Origin: Nostoc sp. DedSLP01
GTDB lineage: Bacteria > Cyanobacteriota > Cyanobacteriia > Cyanobacteriales > Nostocaceae
Length of the DNA: 55,725 nt
Direction of reading: 5' to 3'
Assembly (NCBI GenBank): GCA_034530875.2
Contig: JAVRCJ020000042.1
Location: forward strand, 1 to 55,725
Within the stretch, counting starts at the first letter, position 1. Every line of letters starts with the position of its first letter. The position numbers and the translations under genes were made by a program. The notes under the pieces are model-generated. The model was not told the DNA's origin. It ran no database searches and was given only the letters and a program-made list of their open reading frames with translations. Positions 52,496 through 55,725 of the stretch are shown in pieces.

Positions 52496-53296
52496 TTGAA
52501 GAAGGCTGGGTTTTCTAAAAAAGTACAAAATTCATCACCCGATCCTGATGATATTCCAGTGGCTATACGGGATACTCCTGTTGCAACACCAAAAATGTGG
52601 TTGCAGCCCCGAATTTTGCTGCTTGGGATAGTAGGGGGTTTTTTGCTCGTGACTGTAATTAGCAATTTTTTGTTTTTCCTCACTACACCCAGAAAAACTA
52701 GCAATTCTGAACCTTTACCAGCTAGTTCTACTCCTCCAACCACCACGCAATCCAGCGGTTCTGGCAATACTCTGTTGGGGCATCTGACATACCCACAAGC
52801 CCCCGACTCAGAACTAGTAACTCTTTTTGGAAATAGGGGTATTAGAATGCGAAAAGCTGCTGCCCAAAAATTTCAGGAGATGGTAGCAACAGCACGGAGT
52901 GCAAATGTAATTTTAGTGCCGATTTCTGGCTTTCGGTCAGTCAAAGACCAAGAGCAATTGTTTTTTGGTGTTGGCGCGCAGCGAAATCAAACACCAGCAC
53001 AACGAGCTGCCCTCAGCGCTCCTCCAGGTCATAGCGAACATCACACAGGTTATGCTGTGGATATTGGAGATGGTGCAGCACCAGCAACCAATCTCCAAAC
53101 AAACTTTGACAGAACCAAAGCTTATCAGTGGCTACAAGCAAATGCAGCCCGTTTTGGTTTTGAAATGTCTTTTCCTAAAGACAATGTTCAAGGTGTAAGT
53201 TATGAGCCTTGGCACTGGCGTTTCGTTGGCGATCGCGATAGTTTGGAAATGTTCTACAAAGCCCGAAATTTGAAACCCACTCAGGCGGATAAATAA
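52496..53296 (+). CDS. D-alanyl-D-alanine carboxypeptidase, M15B (VanY-like)
   Basis: SGFRS, SAPPGHSEHHTGYAVD, YEPWHWRFVG; TTG start at 52496 chosen for the upstream AGGAG. Confidence 0.9.
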   Translation: MKKAGFSKKVQNSSPDPDDIPVAIRDTPVATPKMWLQPRILLLGIVGGFLLVTVISNFLFFLTTPRKTSNSEPLPASSTPPTTTQSSGSGNTLLGHLTYPQAPDSELVTLFGNRGIRMRKAAAQKFQEMVATARSANVILVPISGFRSVKDQEQLFFGVGAQRNQTPAQRAALSAPPGHSEHHTGYAVDIGDGAAPATNLQTNFDRTKAYQWLQANAARFGFEMSFPKDNVQGVSYEPWHWRFVGDRDSLEMFYKARNLKPTQADK

Positions 53297-53306
53297 AACT
53301 TTACCT

Positions 53307-53334
53307 ACGCTCAAAGTCAAATGAGCGTTTTTTT
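53307..53334 (+). terminator. Intrinsic terminator
   Basis: acgctca...tgagcgt plus T-run after the stop codon. Confidence 0.65.
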
Positions 53335-53650
53335 ATTTTCTACTTCCCAATTTATTTTTATTTCAGCTTTCTTAGATTTTTCTTAACCTGGGTTCCATAC
53401 TCACTTCCTTTTTGTGCTTTACCTCTGCAAGCACTCAAATAAATGGAATTTTTCTATTCTCTGTTTTCTTTTAAACGCTTTCCCAGACTTCAATTACTTT
53501 ACTAAAAATCTCTTGCACCGAGCAAACTTGGCTTGGGGTACTACTAAGCGTTATCTTAAAAAATAGTGCGCGGGCGTAACTATATATCCAGCCCAGTTTG
53601 CCAATTTCAGCACAACTCAGGACAAGTAATAGCTTGCAAGGTTTCATTTG

Positions 53651-54238
53651 ATGAATAGCACGAAGTTTCTTTTTTTACATAAAAAATTTACTGGATGGCG
53701 GAGATTGCTGTCCAAATGCCTGTTGTTAGTTGTTTGTCTGTTCATTATAAGTATGCAACCTGCATCTGCTGGTCTAAATGATGATAGATATGATGGCAAC
53801 ATGTTCGTAGTTTATGCTGGTAATGGTTCGTTAGTTCCTTCTAGACAGACACTCGCACAGTCTTTAGCAGAACATAAACCCGTATTTTTGGCATTTTATC
53901 TCGATGACAGCAGCGATTCCAAAAGATATGCCATTTCCATTTCACGAGTACAAGAACTATATGGCAAGGTAGCAGAGATTATTCCTATCAGTGTAGATAG
54001 TATCCCGTCGAAACAAACCTACGACCCCACAGAACCCGGATATTACTATTCTGGGAGCGTTCCTCAAGTTTTGGTATTTAATCAATCAGGCGAGGTAGTT
54101 TTGAATAAAAAGGGTCAAGTCCCTTTTGAAGATATAGACGATGAATTTCGCAAAATATTTAATTTATCACCACGCACTGAAACAGCACAGCTAAAGCGAC
54201 GAGCTTTCAATGAGTTCAGTAGCGAGTTAGCTAAATGA
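53651..54238 (+). CDS. Thioredoxin-like thylakoid protein (photosystem I accumulation factor family)
   Basis: Signal peptide; conserved cyanobacterial motif DDRYDGN.F..YAGNGSLVP; FYLDDSSD; family recalled from memory. Confidence 0.78.
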   Translation: MNSTKFLFLHKKFTGWRRLLSKCLLLVVCLFIISMQPASAGLNDDRYDGNMFVVYAGNGSLVPSRQTLAQSLAEHKPVFLAFYLDDSSDSKRYAISISRVQELYGKVAEIIPISVDSIPSKQTYDPTEPGYYYSGSVPQVLVFNQSGEVVLNKKGQVPFEDIDDEFRKIFNLSPRTETAQLKRRAFNEFSSELAK

Positions 54239-54244
54239 CTTCTG

Positions 54245-54267
54245 GGGTAGACCAAATTGGTCTACCC
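54245..54267 (+). terminator. Hairpin terminator
   Basis: gggtagacca-aat-tggtctaccc just after the stop codon. Confidence 0.7.
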
Positions 54268-54536
54268 TAATTTTTAGTACTATGTGTTACTGCATTGTTT
54301 TCCATGCCAAAGCATAATGAATAGAAGACGGTGCGCAGGAGGCATAAGTTCTCAACTCAATTCTTTAACTCTTCTGTTTTCACTCCTTTATTTGTCTGCA
54401 CAGTTCATCACGGCTACTTATTTAGATATTCTGTATAACACCTGAAAAAATTTATTAATAGTCTATAGTTCATAGTTAATAACCAATGCCCAATGCCCAA
54501 TGCCCACTAACAAATGAGTAACTAAAGTGTATTCTG

Positions 54537-55145
54537 ATGTCAAAGGTTTACACCACTCAAGAACTAATCCAAATTTTGGCTGAAGAACGCCAAGCTTGCC
54601 TCACAGGAAAACGCTTAAAATTAGAAGTAACAGTTTCTGGCAATCCCGTAATTGACCAGTTTATCAGAACTGATGGGTTGCAAAAGTTCACAGCCTATCA
54701 AGATTTTAAAGCGGCAATTCACGAATATCAAAGAGAAAATCAAGTATCAGGTATTATCTGGCGGGAAGTAACAATTAAGGGTAAAAACTTAAATTATCCT
54801 GAAGTAGATACCGAATTAATCGCGCTTCACAGTGACTTGGAAGTATTAAAAGCTACTAAAAATTCTATTTTAGAATTTTGGTATGAAGTCACTATGGAGA
54901 TGGATTTGTACTTGAGTTTCAACAATAGTAAGCAACATCAACAGATTGCCATACCCGATGTCGAAAGAATTGCTCAAAGAACAGAATGGGCAAGTTTGTG
55001 GAAGTGGGAAAATTCTAGCTTTTTGGAAATAATTTTACAGCTAGGATGGGGTAAACCAGAAGAAGCTTACTATAAACGAGGAAGACCGCGATCGGGTAGC
55101 GAATATATTCATGCGGTCAATCCTGGTAATCGTCCTATTGGTTGA
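54537..55145 (+). CDS. Conserved-looking cyanobacterial hypothetical protein
   Basis: 202-aa ORF with ATG; no domain recognised. Confidence 0.8.
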   Translation: MSKVYTTQELIQILAEERQACLTGKRLKLEVTVSGNPVIDQFIRTDGLQKFTAYQDFKAAIHEYQRENQVSGIIWREVTIKGKNLNYPEVDTELIALHSDLEVLKATKNSILEFWYEVTMEMDLYLSFNNSKQHQQIAIPDVERIAQRTEWASLWKWENSSFLEIILQLGWGKPEEAYYKRGRPRSGSEYIHAVNPGNRPIG

Positions 55146-55245
55146 TTGAGTAGCGATCGCATTTCATTTTTGCAACTGATTGCAAAAATATTATCAAAGA
55201 TTTAAACCTGTCAAAATCAGCACTGAAAAAGTTGCCGATCTAATA

Positions 55246-55372
55246 TAGGAATTCGGTTTAATTTGGAGAATTTATTTGTATAGACAGGGAGTAGGGAATG
55301 GGTAGTAGGGAGTAGGACAGAAGCCTTGTCTGGATGTAGTGTTTTTTTTCACGCAATCAAATGTGAATCCTA
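55246..55372 (+). mobile_element. About 126-bp TA-flanked MITE, copy 3
   Basis: TA|taggaattcggtttaatt...aatcaaatgtgaatccta|TA. Confidence 0.88.
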
Positions 55373-55450
55373 TACTTTGTTGCTGTTGGAATACAGTTTT
55401 AATTCTATTGCAGTCCAATACTCTATCTCTTTAGATGTATTGAGATAGTT

Positions 55451-55484
55451 AAAAGCCCAGTCATTCTCGAAACTGGGCTTTTTT
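55451..55484. terminator. Terminator-like hairpin upstream of the psbA promoter
   Basis: aaaagcccagt...actgggcttttttt. Confidence 0.7.
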
Positions 55485-55594
55485 GCTTGAATTCTCTCTC
55501 ACAGAACTGGAAACGAGCGACTGTGCGATCGCACCCCGGAATTTTTCATAACTAAAACTTATCTCTTTGATAAGATTTACTGTTTTAACAAAAC

Positions 55595-55624
55595 TTGATT
55601 AAATTACGTAAAGCAATGTAAATT
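55595..55624 (+). promoter_or_regulatory. Putative psbA promoter (-35 TTGATT, -10 TAAATT)
   Basis: Sigma70-like hexamers 18 nt apart, about 65 nt upstream of the psbA ATG. Confidence 0.4.
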
Positions 55625-55688
55625 ACATTCACAGGCACACAACAAGTGCCTAATTCATTCGCTAAAAAGCAACCGCATTTATAAAACA

Positions 55689-55725
55689 ATGACAGCAACC
55701 ATTCAACAGCGCTCCAGCGCCAACG
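55689..55725 (+). CDS. psbA: Photosystem II D1 protein, 5' end only
   Basis: ATG ACA GCA ACC ATT CAA CAG CGC TCC AGC GCC AAC = MTATIQQRSSAN, the typical cyanobacterial D1 N-terminus; only 12 codons visible. Confidence 0.85.
   Translation, partial: MTATIQQRSSAN

Noticed and set aside
55570..55595. RpaB (HLR1) site upstream of psbA
   Set aside because: The TTAC/TAAC half-sites are 9 nt apart rather than the expected 10.

Overview
A 55.7-kb chromosomal segment from a filamentous cyanobacterium, most likely heterocyst-forming Nostocales. The basis is dense HIP1 octamers (GCGATCGC), many short tandem STRR-type repeats, xisH/xisI and a psbA start at the right edge. The backbone is housekeeping and conserved genes: glmU, atpD-atpC, secA, ribF, surE, pheS, a RecQ-family helicase, rtcA, an NitT/TauT ABC transporter and others. 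No rRNA, tRNA, CRISPR array, integrase or transposase was recognised. The accessory content is more interesting. There are four toxin-antitoxin-like pairs, a BrnT-like remnant, Uma2, xisHI and an AT-rich two-gene insert. Four small cassettes have boundaries on HIP1 or HIP1-like sites: (1) a 17-bp direct repeat around a RelE-type pair; (2) a 12-bp extended HIP1 repeat around an orphan ORF; (3) a 90-bp duplication of a peptidase 3' end, whose high identity stops at HIP1, around a DUF433/PIN pair; (4) a UPF0175/DUF3368 pair between two HIP1 sites that appears to have replaced most of a GTP-cyclohydrolase-II/URC4 operon. Several families of miniature non-autonomous elements are also visible, some nested and some disrupting or rewriting genes. 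There are two related 21-bp tandem arrays and a FecR protein with RTX-like nonapeptide repeats. Family assignments come from motif recognition only; no searches were run.
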